From contig OY762926.1 of NCBI GenBank assembly GCA_963666735.1, positions 3,616,001 to 3,680,000 of the forward strand: a stretch of DNA of 64,000 nt, in the 5' to 3' direction. The stretch is from Gemmatimonadota bacterium (lineage in GTDB: Bacteria > Gemmatimonadota > Gemmatimonadetes > Palauibacterales > Palauibacteraceae). Shown here piece after piece: positions 51,608-61,778 of this stretch (positions are counted from its first letter, which is position 1; each line of letters begins with the position of its first letter). The position numbers and the translations under genes are program-made. Below the pieces are notes generated by a model. It ran no database searches, was not told the origin of the DNA, and saw only the letters and a program-made list of their open reading frames with translations.

Positions 51608-54600
51608 CTAGCGCCAAGGTTGTCGTGCAAGCCGCTCGGCCGTCGCGAGCGCTCGGCGCAGGAGGGCTCGCTCAAGCGCAGCGGTCGGGGAGGTTGCGCC
51701 GGCGAGGGAGGCGGCGCGGGCGCGTAGCGCGGCGGCTTCGGCTGCGGCAGCCCGGGGCGCGGCTCCGTCGACGGCTTCCACCAACCCAAGCAGGAACCGG
51801 ACCAGCTGCTCGTCGGGATCGAAGGGGCGACCCTGGCCGAGCGCTTCCGGCCACAACAGCGCGTCCTTCAGATGACGGAGTGCGGTCTGGCGGTTTCCGG
51901 CCTCGAGTTCGTCCAGAGCGGCGCCGACGTGCGCGAATTCGTACAGGCGGTGGGCCTCGCCGGAGTTCTCCGAGGGAAGGACGCGGGCGTCGTCGAGGAT
52001 CCGGATCGCCTCGCCGCGGGCGCCGGTCTGGAGGAGTCCCCGCACATGGAGGAGGTCGAGGTTGAAGTCGTCCGGGAAGAGTTCCCGTCCCCGGCCGGAC
52101 ACCTCGCGCGCCTCCGCCCACCCCCCGGTTTCCTGCAGGTGCCGGACGAGGGAGACGCGGAGGAGACGGCTATCGGGATCCGTCCGGACAGCGCGCCGCA
52201 AATCGGGCCCGGGGTCGCCGCCCACGGCCTCCGTCAGGTGCGCGCGCGCCGCGTAGGCGGGGCCATGGCCGGGCTCCTCGCCGAGGGACGCCAGCACTTC
52301 GGCCGCCTCGGCGTCGCGGTCGAGCGCCCACAGGTTGAGGCCGAGCAGGTAGCGCCAAACCCAGTGCGGGTCTTCGGCGGCGGCCCAGCGCAGGACCGGC
52401 AGGGTCTCGGCGCGGTAGGGGAAGGCGAAGTCGGGATCGGCCCCCGCGCCCAGCAGGTCCGCGTCGCCCCGCAGAAAAGCGAGCCACGCCGCGGCCACGG
52501 GGCTGCCGCCCACTTCATGCGCCAACTCGAGCAGGCGGGCCGCATCGCCGGGCAGCCCCCGGTTCGCGTAGCCGACCGCGAGTTCCAGCAGCGTCTGCTC
52601 CGGATACTCGCTCCGCATCGTTTCGGTGAGGCGGGCAGCCTCGGGCCCGCCTGCCGCCTCCGCGGTGCCGGATCCCTCACCCCGCGCCGCGAGGTATCGC
52701 TCGGCCAGCGCGAAATGGTTCAGCGGGTCAAGCTCGAGCAGTTCCGCCAGCGTCCGCTCCGCGCCGGCTTCGTCCCCCTCCAGGCGCGCCGCGATTGCCA
52801 GCACCTCGCGCGCCGGGATACTCACACGATCATGGTCGAGCGCCAGCCCGGCGTGGCGGCGTGCCCCGGCCACGTCCCCCGCTTCGAGCGCCAACTCTGC
52901 CAGCCGAACGCGCGCCGCGGCCCGGAAGGCCACCGACCGGGCTGCCCAGCCGAACGAGTCGAGCGCATCCGCGCGGCGCCCCAGGGCGAGGTACAGGTTG
53001 CCGGCGAGGAAGTTGGCCTCGGGATCGTAGGTGTCGAGCTGGAGCACGCGACGCGCGTGGGCGAGTCCCACTTCGTAGCGGGCCGATCTCAGCGCCAGCG
53101 ATCCCAGGCCGAGCAGCGCCTCCCGGTTCCACGGCTCGGCCGCGACGGCCCGCTCGTAGAGCGCCCGCGCTTCGGCGTAACGCCGACCCCGTGCCAGTTC
53201 CCTCGCCTCGAACACCAGACGATCCGTCTCCGGAAGGGCCTCCCACGCCTCGGCGTTGGACCCAAACGGCCGGGACACCGAGGGCTCGCCCCGGAATCCG
53301 CACACGCCATCGAGGCCGGGTTCTTCCGCGTTGGAGCAGGCTTCCAGACCGAGTCCGGGCACCGCAACCTGCCACGGACTCTCGGGTGCGGCGTCGAACT
53401 CGACGACCACCGGGTCGAGCGCTTCCAGCACCACCGCCCGCGCGCCGACCTGTTCGCCGCCGGACCACGCCTTCACCGTGTCGGCTCCGGCCCGGAACGC
53501 CTGGACCACGACTCGCAAGCGGCCGTCCTCCTGCTCGACGTGCATGGCGCCGAGCGGCGACGCGTCGGTGAGACCGCCCGTCCCTTCCAGCGGGAACCAC
53601 CACTCGGTCCAGCGGCTGGCCGAGAGGGGATCGAACCCGCCCTGCGTGATGGGGTTGCGCTGCGCCCCGGGCGAATACTGCACGTGCAGCCGCCCCGCCT
53701 GGAACTCGACGTACTGTCCGTCGGTGTCGGTGAGCAGGTCCTCCCAGATACCCCCCGCGCGGGAGAGCGCCCACAGCCACATCTTGCGCCCGGGCATCTC
53801 TTCATGAGGGGCCCAGTGGCCCCAGCCGTAGTCGTCGTCGTGGTAGTAGCCGCCGAAGAAGTCGTTGAGCGCCCCGGCCACGTGGTAGGACTTGTGTCCG
53901 GCAAACGCGTTGTTGCGGTACAGGGGAAGGAACCTGCCCTCCTCGTCCAGGGGCCAGGAGCGCGCCTGGCCGGAGTGCTCCAGATAGGCGTTGCCGGGCA
54001 CGAACAGCTCCAGGTCGTCCTGCGCGAAGGCCGCGGCCGTCATCCAGTTGTAGTAGGGCTGCTCCAGCGGCGTCGGGTTGTACCACAGGACGCGCGTCTC
54101 GAAGGCGGCCCGGTCCGGCGGGAGGCGTATCTCCACGCGCCACGGCGTGCGCGCCGGGAGGTCGGTGGCGCCGACGATCGTGCTTACGCTGCCGTCCGCG
54201 TTTTCCCGCACCACGTAGTCGACCGGGGTGGCCGTGGCCGGCGTGTGCCCGATGACGCCGAAGTTGAACTCGAGGCCGCCCGAGGTCCATGGACCCCGCA
54301 GCGCGATGTCCCGGAACTTCATCACCTCGTTCCGATAGATGAACTCGTGGCCGGTCTCCTTCACCACGGCCCCCCACACCTTGCCGCCCACCTCGGGAAG
54401 GACGAAGACCTCGATGAGGTCGTTCTCCATCCTCACGACCTTCCATTCCCGGGGCTCCGAGGTCGCGGCGTAGCCCTCGAACGTGTGGTAGGGGTACAGC
54501 CGGCGGTCGGTGGCGAGCACCGGAACGGGATTCGGATCCGAGAACGGGTAGGTGTCGAGGACGCGCGTCTCCTCCGAGATGCGGGCCCGAGGTCCGGGGG

Positions 54601-54685
54601 CGGCGCACGAGGCGACGGACAGGGCGGCGCACAGGATGGCCGCGTTCAGACGACCGTGCCGGACGCAGAACGGCCAAGTTGACAC
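51608..54685 (-). CDS. DUF5107-domain, TPR-repeat protein, probable lipoprotein
   Basis: MENDLIEVFVLPEVGGKVW, FIYRNEV.K..IALRGPWTSGGLEFNF; Ala/Leu-rich helical repeats; VASC lipobox. Confidence 0.78.
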   Translation of the reverse strand: MSTWPFCVRHGRLNAAILCAALSVASCAAPGPRARISEETRVLDTYPFSDPNPVPVLATDRRLYPYHTFEGYAATSEPREWKVVRMENDLIEVFVLPEVGGKVWGAVVKETGHEFIYRNEVMKFRDIALRGPWTSGGLEFNFGVIGHTPATATPVDYVVRENADGSVSTIVGATDLPARTPWRVEIRLPPDRAAFETRVLWYNPTPLEQPYYNWMTAAAFAQDDLELFVPGNAYLEHSGQARSWPLDEEGRFLPLYRNNAFAGHKSYHVAGALNDFFGGYYHDDDYGWGHWAPHEEMPGRKMWLWALSRAGGIWEDLLTDTDGQYVEFQAGRLHVQYSPGAQRNPITQGGFDPLSASRWTEWWFPLEGTGGLTDASPLGAMHVEQEDGRLRVVVQAFRAGADTVKAWSGGEQVGARAVVLEALDPVVVEFDAAPESPWQVAVPGLGLEACSNAEEPGLDGVCGFRGEPSVSRPFGSNAEAWEALPETDRLVFEARELARGRRYAEARALYERAVAAEPWNREALLGLGSLALRSARYEVGLAHARRVLQLDTYDPEANFLAGNLYLALGRRADALDSFGWAARSVAFRAAARVRLAELALEAGDVAGARRHAGLALDHDRVSIPAREVLAIAARLEGDEAGAERTLAELLELDPLNHFALAERYLAARGEGSGTAEAAGGPEAARLTETMRSEYPEQTLLELAVGYANRGLPGDAARLLELAHEVGGSPVAAAWLAFLRGDADLLGAGADPDFAFPYRAETLPVLRWAAAEDPHWVWRYLLGLNLWALDRDAEAAEVLASLGEEPGHGPAYAARAHLTEAVGGDPGPDLRRAVRTDPDSRLLRVSLVRHLQETGGWAEAREVSGRGRELFPDDFNLDLLHVRGLLQTGARGEAIRILDDARVLPSENSGEAHRLYEFAHVGAALDELEAGNRQTALRHLKDALLWPEALGQGRPFDPDEQLVRFLLGLVEAVDGAAPRAAAAEAAALRARAASLAGATSPTAALERALLRRALATAERLARQPWR

Positions 54686-54702
54686 ATAACCCCGGATCGT
54701 GG

Positions 54703-54864
54703 TCAGCCCGCCACCGCCTCAAGAAGCATGGCGATCACTTCCTTGAGATTCCGATCGAGTCTCCCGAGGGGTCGCCCTGGCTGTGCGCACCCTGGACCGG
54801 GCACGCAGCCCACGTACAGGCCCGTGTAGGGGCGGCGCTGCAAGACGGCAATGTAGGTTTGCAT
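54703..54864 (-). pseudogene. HicB/UPF0150-like antitoxin remnant
   Basis: MQTYIAV..TGLYVG.VPG..NLKEVIAMLLE with a degraded middle; no hicA adjacent. Confidence 0.6.
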
Positions 54865-54898
54865 CGGCAAGATCCTCTCCTGGTCCGTCCCCACCATT

Positions 54899-57088
54899 CT
54901 AGCCATCACCGGTCGGGCCGGCCAACGGTGCACCGCCAATCCCGTCGCGGCCCGTTACCGTGGCTCCGCCGGACGCCGCGGCCACGAATAGCGCACCGCC
55001 AGCCCCTCCCCGGGGCGCGTAGAACCGCTCGCGCAGCGCGGCCATCACACCCTCCGCTCCGCTCTCCCGGCACAGGGCGATCGCGCAGCCGCCGAATCCC
55101 GCGCCGGTGAGCCGCGCCCCCGCCGCGCCGGCGTCGAGGGCCACGTCCACGATCTCGTCCAACGCCGGCGTGCTCACGCCGAAGTCGTCGCGCAGGCTGG
55201 CGTGCGACGCGTTCATCAGTGCGCCGAAGGCGGCCATGTCCTCGCAGCGCAGCGCGGCCTCGGCCTCCGTCACGCGGCGCCCCTCCGTCGCCACGTGACG
55301 GAAGCGCCGCCACAGCGTAGGCGGCAACGACCGGCGCGCTCCGGCCAGGATGGATTCGAACTCGGCGTCGTCGGCCCCGACCACCTCCAGCCAGGAGGTC
55401 CGGTCCAGCCGCTCGATCGCCTCGGCGCACTGGGCCCGCCGCTCGTTGTACGCCTCGCGCGCCGCCCCGGCCTTCTCCGCGCGCGCCAGCGACGACGCGA
55501 CGACCCACCGCCATCCCTCGGGCACCCGCACCGGCGTCACGCGCAGGGGCTCGAAGTCGATCCTCAGCGCGTGCCCCTTCGCCCCGCACAGGGACGCGGC
55601 CTGATCCATCCCGCCGCCCCGCACCCCGACGAACCGCTCGGCGCGGGCCAGCAGCGCCGCCAACTCGAGCGCCTCCACACGGGTCTCGTTGGCGTGCAGC
55701 AGGGCCAGCGCGGATGCGACGACGAGGGCGGAGGAGGACGACAGCCCCTCCGCCACCGGCACCGTGCCGGAGACCGTCCCGCCGATGCCCCGCTGCAGCT
55801 CTACGCCGTCGTCGAGCAACCCCTTGGCGGCGGCCCTCACATAATTCGACCAGTGCCCCTGGGGCGCGGGTTCGACCGGCCGGTCCAGGCGGAAGGCGAA
55901 GGGGCCGTGGCCGGCATCGCCATCGAGTTCGACCGCCGGCCGGCGCAGCACCTCGAAGTCCAGACGGATGTGCCGGTCGAGCGCCACCGGCAGCACGGAG
56001 AGGCCGTTGTAGTCGAGGTGCTCGCCGATGAGGTTGATGCGCCCCGGAGCGATCGCGACCCTGCGGGAGGGTGCCTGCGGCGTCCCCGGTGGACGAGCCG
56101 ACGGGTTCTGCGGGCCGCGGGCCGGTTCCGTGCGAGCGGGCATCGTATGGAGATCCTGGGGATAGACCCCGGCCGCGGTCAGCCGCCGGAGCGAGGCCGC
56201 GACATTCTCTCGGTCCCCGGGGAACGTGACGCCCATCCAACCCTCGCCGGTGGGCAGAAGGCCCAGGCTCGCCTCTCCGGAGGTGACGAGGCCGCTCACG
56301 GTCTCGGAGAGGTAGAACTCGTCGCCGGCTCCGGGGGCAGCGGCGAGGAAGGCGCGGAAACGCTCCGCCAGGAGCGGCAGGATCTCGGGGAAAAACCCCC
56401 ACAGGCCCATGCACGCCCGGCTGTCCGCGTCCACGCGGATCGCCGGGCCGGAGGGGGTGCGCCCGACGACGGTGGGCCGGGGAGCATCGCGTTCGAGGCG
56501 CAGGTCCAGACCCTCGGTCATGCGGCGCAGCGTGCCGTCCGGCGCCGCTTCGCAGAGGCCGCGCGACACGCCGCTGAAGCCGGACAGAGTGTCGGCCAGG
56601 GGGTAGGTGACGGTGAAGGCGCGGACGCCCGGGGGAGGGGCCGCGAGGGCGCGGGCCAGGCTCTCGTACGCGGCCCGCCCGTAGAAGTCGTCCGCGTTGC
56701 ACACGGCGAACGGGCCCCGGCGGGGCAGGGCGGCGGCCGCAGCCAGCACGGCGAATCCCGTGCCCCAGGGGCGGACGCGCCCGGGCGGGGGCAGCGGCAC
56801 GAGGTCGGGGTGCGCGAGGCGCTGGCAGGCGAAGGAGAGCGCGATCCCCGCCGAGCGTAGCGGAGCGAGCCGTGCCTCGAACTCATCTCGCTGACTCTCC
56901 CGCACGACGAGCACGAAGCGCCCGAAGCCCGCGCGCAGGGCGTCATCGACCGCGTATTCGAGCAGCGTTGCGCCGCCCGGCCCCACGGGCTCGAGTTGCT
57001 TGGCGCGGCCGAAGCGGGTGGATCGCCCGGCGGCGAGGATCACCAGCGTCGACCCTTCCGCGGGACGACCCGCCTCCACGGCCTTCAT
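54899..57088 (-). CDS. Fused sugar-phosphate nucleotidyltransferase + galactokinase-family (GHMP) kinase
   Basis: N-half LAAGRSTRFG..KQ, PWGTG, NADDFYG, EFYL, WMGVT; C-half APGRINLIGEHLDYN, GLSSSS, GGMDQ, GARLTGAGFGG; no stop between. Confidence 0.85.
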   Translation of the reverse strand: MKAVEAGRPAEGSTLVILAAGRSTRFGRAKQLEPVGPGGATLLEYAVDDALRAGFGRFVLVVRESQRDEFEARLAPLRSAGIALSFACQRLAHPDLVPLPPPGRVRPWGTGFAVLAAAAALPRRGPFAVCNADDFYGRAAYESLARALAAPPPGVRAFTVTYPLADTLSGFSGVSRGLCEAAPDGTLRRMTEGLDLRLERDAPRPTVVGRTPSGPAIRVDADSRACMGLWGFFPEILPLLAERFRAFLAAAPGAGDEFYLSETVSGLVTSGEASLGLLPTGEGWMGVTFPGDRENVAASLRRLTAAGVYPQDLHTMPARTEPARGPQNPSARPPGTPQAPSRRVAIAPGRINLIGEHLDYNGLSVLPVALDRHIRLDFEVLRRPAVELDGDAGHGPFAFRLDRPVEPAPQGHWSNYVRAAAKGLLDDGVELQRGIGGTVSGTVPVAEGLSSSSALVVASALALLHANETRVEALELAALLARAERFVGVRGGGMDQAASLCGAKGHALRIDFEPLRVTPVRVPEGWRWVVASSLARAEKAGAAREAYNERRAQCAEAIERLDRTSWLEVVGADDAEFESILAGARRSLPPTLWRRFRHVATEGRRVTEAEAALRCEDMAAFGALMNASHASLRDDFGVSTPALDEIVDVALDAGAAGARLTGAGFGGCAIALCRESGAEGVMAALRERFYAPRGGAGGALFVAAASGGATVTGRDGIGGAPLAGPTGDG

Positions 57089-59106
57089 TGCGACAGCTGC
57101 ACGGTCCGCGCCCGTCCCGCGACGCGAATCTTCGCGATGCGGGCCCAGGCGCCATCGCCCGCGGATCCGCCGGAGGCGTCCCCTCCCACGGCGCGAGCGA
57201 CGAACGCGGGCAGCCGGGAGCCGACGCGCAGTCCGCGCCATGGACAGGCGTCGACGAACTCTTCGATCGCGCCGAGCGCGAACAGCGGCCCCCAGCTCTG
57301 AAAGCGGCGCCCCCGCCCCCGCCCGCTGCGCGCGTCGAAGTTCTCGCGGCAGAACCCCGTCCGCCGCCGGTCGGCCAGGAACATGAGCGCCCCTTTCCAT
57401 GCCAGCTCGCTGGCGAGTTCATTGAACCCGTACCGCCGCAATCCCTGCAACACGAGGTAGTTCATGGGCGGCCAGATGGAACCCCGCCAGTACTGCTGGT
57501 CGTCGAACGCGGGGTCGTCGCGCGAGATCGTGGGCAGCACCCACTCTCCCCAGAAGCGCGCGGGGTCGCGCAGCACGTCAACCATGCGCCGCGCCCGCTC
57601 CCCGGACGGCACGCCGGCAATCAAGGGAAGGAAGTTCGACGCCGCCACGCGGGGAGAGTGGCCGCCGGGCAACTCGTCCAGGTAGAGTCCCGCCTCCTCG
57701 GACCACAGGACGCGGTTCATCGTCGCGACGAGGCTGCGGTGCTCGGCCTCCAGCCGATCCGCGGCCGCCGGGTCGTCCAGGATGCGGGCGATCCGCGACA
57801 GGCACTCGATGTCCAGGGCGCGGTAGCTGCAGAGATCGACGGCGGACATCGCGAGCACTTCCCGCCGGGGATTCCACTCCGCCTCCTCCCACAGCGGCAG
57901 GTCGTCCTGGCCCGATTCCCACGCCGCCCGCTGGTGGCCGGTTGCGCCGACCTCCCACTCCGGCACCTGCTCCCGGCCCGGAACCCGTGCAGCGTCCGAG
58001 CCCCACGCCAGCAGTCCAGGCGTGAGACCTTCCCTGCGCGGGTGCCCGCCCTTGTCGGCCACCCACCAGTCGTTCCAAGCGCGAAGCCCCGGCCAGGCGG
58101 TGGCCAGCGCGTCCACGTCGGGGCACGCGAGGTGCAGCTTCAGGGCCGCGAACGACCCCACCGGAGGCTGTGAGCGGTCGGGCGTGCCGGCGAGCCGGCT
58201 CCTCCAGTTGGGCACGTTCCCGTTCCGGTAGCGCGAATCGAGCCCGGCGAGGAGAACGTCCCAGGCCAGGCGCCCCGACACGGTGGCGAGCGCCAGCGCA
58301 TTGAAGAAGGAATCCCACCCGAACACCGTCCAGTCGTCGGGTGCCGGGGTGGGATCCTCCGCGCTTTCTCCCGGTGGGCCCTCGCGCCGCGCTCCGCCGT
58401 CCGGCTTCGGAAAGATCCAGCGCCGGCCGGCCGGTGCGTACAGGCGCCCGGTTTCCGGTTGGAGGAGGATGGTCCACATCAGGTTCTCCGCGACGGCTTC
58501 GACGAGTCCTTCCGCGGCTCCCAACGAACGAGGACGGCGGCGGTCCCACTCCGTGCGCGCATCGTCAATCCAGCGATCCAGCCCGGGGAGGAGACGTTGG
58601 GCGCGGGCAAGGGCGCCTCCGGAGCGGGACGGCGCCTCCCTCGGCTCCCATGCGACCACGGTGGCCGCGCGTTCTCCCGCCCGAGGCCCGAACGCGGCGG
58701 CGATCTCCACGCTCCCGAGCGCGGCCCGCCAGCCGTTGGACGCTTTCTCCCACCGCGTCCTCCACCCCCAGGGATCGTCGGCCGCCAACTCCACCCGGCC
58801 CGGCGCCCGCGCCACGGCCCGCAACGCCAGGGTGTCTCCGCGGCGCGACCATTCCAGTACGAGCGTGCCCTCTCCAGGGCGGGACGCGGACGACGGCTCG
58901 GCGGAGAGGTCGAACTCCATTCGCGCGTAGCAGCCGTTCGGCGCGTGGGGACCGACGCGAGAGACCATCCAGTGCCAGTCCTCCAACTCGCGGCGCCGGC
59001 CGCCGGGCGTCGTGAAGACCAGGCGGAGGCCGATGCCGTCGTCCGGTCCCGCTGCGAACACGAGACCGGCCCAGCGACGCGCCTCGAGCGCCCCGACGCG
59101 CATCAT
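57085..59106 (-). CDS. GH63/MGH1-like (alpha/alpha)6 glycoside hydrolase
   Basis: FGWDSFF, RSQPPV, WESGQDD, YWRGSIWPP, ENFD. Confidence 0.82.
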   Translation of the reverse strand: MMRVGALEARRWAGLVFAAGPDDGIGLRLVFTTPGGRRRELEDWHWMVSRVGPHAPNGCYARMEFDLSAEPSSASRPGEGTLVLEWSRRGDTLALRAVARAPGRVELAADDPWGWRTRWEKASNGWRAALGSVEIAAAFGPRAGERAATVVAWEPREAPSRSGGALARAQRLLPGLDRWIDDARTEWDRRRPRSLGAAEGLVEAVAENLMWTILLQPETGRLYAPAGRRWIFPKPDGGARREGPPGESAEDPTPAPDDWTVFGWDSFFNALALATVSGRLAWDVLLAGLDSRYRNGNVPNWRSRLAGTPDRSQPPVGSFAALKLHLACPDVDALATAWPGLRAWNDWWVADKGGHPRREGLTPGLLAWGSDAARVPGREQVPEWEVGATGHQRAAWESGQDDLPLWEEAEWNPRREVLAMSAVDLCSYRALDIECLSRIARILDDPAAADRLEAEHRSLVATMNRVLWSEEAGLYLDELPGGHSPRVAASNFLPLIAGVPSGERARRMVDVLRDPARFWGEWVLPTISRDDPAFDDQQYWRGSIWPPMNYLVLQGLRRYGFNELASELAWKGALMFLADRRRTGFCRENFDARSGRGRGRRFQSWGPLFALGAIEEFVDACPWRGLRVGSRLPAFVARAVGGDASGGSAGDGAWARIAKIRVAGRARTVQLSQ

Positions 59107-59167
59107 GCCGGCGGGCCGAGATGGGTCCTCGGTCGGGCGGGGTTCATGCCCTGCCAGTCTAGGGTCA

Positions 59168-59989
59168 CTACCGGATTCCCTCCAGTTGGATCCCGCGCGC
59201 GAAATACCTCTGGGTGAAGAGGAAGAGGAGGGCGATCGGCAGCACCGCGGCGACGCCGGCCGCCATCTGGTAGGGCCAGTTGATCTCGTAGGTTGAATGG
59301 AAGGCGGCGATCCCCACCTCGACGACCCTCATTTCCGTGGACCGCGTGACCAGGAGCGGCCACAGCAGGTTCTTCCACGCATCGACGAACGCGAACAGCG
59401 CGAGCGTGGCCACGGCGGGCTTCGCGAGCGGCAGCGCGACGCTCCAGAAGATCCGCACCCGTCCGGCCCCGTCCACGCGCGCGGCGTCCTCCAGCTCCTG
59501 CGGCACCGTCCGAAAATACTGACGCATGAGGAAGATGCCCCACACCGAGACGAGTTCCGTGGAGATGAGCCCCTGGTAGGTGTCGACCCAGCCGATGGCC
59601 TCGATCATGAGGAAGCGGGGGATGAGGACGACGACCGCCGGCACCATCATCGTCGACAGGAAGAGCATGAACAGCCCATCCCGTCCCGGAAAGTCGAGCC
59701 GGGCGAAGGCGTATCCGGCTGTGGCCGAGGTCGCGACCTGGCCCGCGGCCACGGCAGTCGCGAACACGAGCGAGTTCAGGAAGTAGCGCCCGAAGGGCTG
59801 GACCGTCAGCGCCTCGGGATAGTTCGACCAGCGCGGCGTCCGCGGCAGGAGGCCCTCGCCGGCGAACACCTCCAGCTGTCCCATGAGGCTCGTGAGCGCC
59901 ATCCACGCGAAGGGCGCCGCCATGAGGAGGCATGCCGCGGCGAGGAGGAGCCCGCGCGCCGTCCGGGACGCGATCGCGCGCCTAGCCAT
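59168..59989 (-). CDS. Carbohydrate ABC transporter permease (MalG-like)
   Basis: AGYAFARL.FPGR, ELEDAARVDGA EAA loop, QRYF..GI. Confidence 0.92.
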   Translation of the reverse strand: MARRAIASRTARGLLLAAACLLMAAPFAWMALTSLMGQLEVFAGEGLLPRTPRWSNYPEALTVQPFGRYFLNSLVFATAVAAGQVATSATAGYAFARLDFPGRDGLFMLFLSTMMVPAVVVLIPRFLMIEAIGWVDTYQGLISTELVSVWGIFLMRQYFRTVPQELEDAARVDGAGRVRIFWSVALPLAKPAVATLALFAFVDAWKNLLWPLLVTRSTEMRVVEVGIAAFHSTYEINWPYQMAAGVAAVLPIALLFLFTQRYFARGIQLEGIR

Positions 59990-61778
59990 GGGCGCGGCGT
60001 GTGTCGAGGAAGCGGAAGTGCAGCCACGTGGCGGCGAACACGACCGCGAACAGCAGCCAGCTCATGGCGGCGGCGTTGCCGAACCGCAGGAACTCCCACG
60101 CCTCCCGGTAGATGTGATAGACGGCGACATCGGTGGCGCCCAGCGGACCGCCCTCGGTCATCACGTAGACGAGTCCGAACACCTGGAAGGATCCGATCAC
60201 GGACGTGACGAGGACGAAGAACAGAGTGTGGCGCAGGCCGGGCAGGGTGACGTGGCGGAAACGCCGCCACGGCCCCGCGCCGTCGACCCGGGCCGCGTCG
60301 TACCAGTCGCGCGGGATGGCGGCGAGTCCCGCCTGAAAGACGACCATCTGGTAGCCCACGACCATCCAGATGCCGATGAGCATGAGGCTGACGAGCGCGG
60401 TATCGGGCGACGTGAGCCACGGGACGGACTCGAGCCCGGCGCGCTCCAGACCCCGGTTCAGCAGTCCGTACCGGTCGCTCAGCAGCCACTTCCACACCAC
60501 CGCGATCGCCGCCACGCTCGTGATGCCGGGCAGGAAGAGGGCGAGCCGGGCCCAGCGCAGCGCGCGGCGCGACCCCCGGGTGAGGAGCGCGAGGGCGAGG
60601 GCGACGGCCATCGCGGCGGGCACGTGGAGCGTGAACAGCGCCGTGTTCCCGATCGCCGACCGCCACTCGCCGTCCGAGAGCAGCGCCCCATAGTTGTCGA
60701 GGCCGAGGAAGAGGGGCGCGGGGTCGATGAGGCGCCATTCGTGCAGCGAGATCCACAGGGAGAAGAGGAGCGGGCCGAGGGTGAACGCGAGGATGAGGGC
60801 CGCCGCCGGGGCGAGGAGGCCCCAGGCCGCCAGCGTTCGCCGCAGGGCGCGGGGGCGGGCCGCGAGTTGGACGAGGTGGAGCGCGAGGGCGACCAGCAGG
60901 GCGGCGAGCCCGCCGGCTGCGGTCAGCGGAAGGGCGGGCGAGGCCGTGTGTTCATATCCGAGAAAGGCGAGGTGGATGTCGGCGATGCGGGCCGCGTGCC
61001 AGGCGGCGCCGTTCGCCTCCACCGTGTGCGGTGTGCCGGTCGGCGTCTCCGGGGGCGGCGCGAGAGGCGGGGCCGCGCCCCGTTCGGGCGAGGCGGCGAT
61101 GGCCGACGCGACTTCGGCCGGCATGGTCCACTGCCCGTCCGCGGACTCCAGCGCACGGTCCCTGGCCCACGGAAGGTGGGCGACCCGGGCGGCACGGGGC
61201 GGATCCGCGCCGGTCGCCATGGCGAGTTCGACGCCTCCCGCGGCCCGGGCCACCGTAGCGGCACTCAGCGCGCGGAGTTCGCGGTCCGCCCACCGCTCGG
61301 CGGCGACCGCCGTCAGGGCGATGCAGCCGACCGCGAGGAGCGCGAGGCCCGCCGGGTAGCGCGGCCGCGTCGGCCCCCGGCGCCGGCCCGCGGCCCAGCC
61401 CGAGACGAGCGCGACACCCGCGAGCGCTATGATCGCGGCGACGGCAGGGAAGGCCGCCCAGGGGCCGCCCGTCCGGCGCGGCGCGACCGCGATCCAGGCG
61501 GCGGGGTCGAGCGCGCCGGCCTCGTAGGCGTGTGCCCCCGCCCCTTCGCCTCCGTCGCTGGCGTCGAGGATCGTCGCCCGGTCACCGAGCAGTCCGGCGA
61601 CGGCCGGGGCGCCGCCTCCCTCCTCCCACAGCGCCGCCGCCATGCGCGCCTCGGCTTCCGCCGACGCGACCCGCACGCTCTGGACCCGGCCCGCGGCGAT
61701 GGCCAGGACCAGCGCCAGGCCGGCGGCCAGGACGACGGCGGCGAGGGCGGCGAAGGCCGGTTGCCGCGCGCCGCTCAC
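59982..61778 (-). CDS. Carbohydrate ABC transporter permease (MalF-like) with long N-terminal extension
   Basis: GLDNY, GLLN, YDAARVDGA, SFQVF, T.GGP; GTG start overlaps SBP stop (GTGA). Confidence 0.85.
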   Translation of the reverse strand: MSGARQPAFAALAAVVLAAGLALVLAIAAGRVQSVRVASAEAEARMAAALWEEGGGAPAVAGLLGDRATILDASDGGEGAGAHAYEAGALDPAAWIAVAPRRTGGPWAAFPAVAAIIALAGVALVSGWAAGRRRGPTRPRYPAGLALLAVGCIALTAVAAERWADRELRALSAATVARAAGGVELAMATGADPPRAARVAHLPWARDRALESADGQWTMPAEVASAIAASPERGAAPPLAPPPETPTGTPHTVEANGAAWHAARIADIHLAFLGYEHTASPALPLTAAGGLAALLVALALHLVQLAARPRALRRTLAAWGLLAPAAALILAFTLGPLLFSLWISLHEWRLIDPAPLFLGLDNYGALLSDGEWRSAIGNTALFTLHVPAAMAVALALALLTRGSRRALRWARLALFLPGITSVAAIAVVWKWLLSDRYGLLNRGLERAGLESVPWLTSPDTALVSLMLIGIWMVVGYQMVVFQAGLAAIPRDWYDAARVDGAGPWRRFRHVTLPGLRHTLFFVLVTSVIGSFQVFGLVYVMTEGGPLGATDVAVYHIYREAWEFLRFGNAAAMSWLLFAVVFAATWLHFRFLDTRRAHG

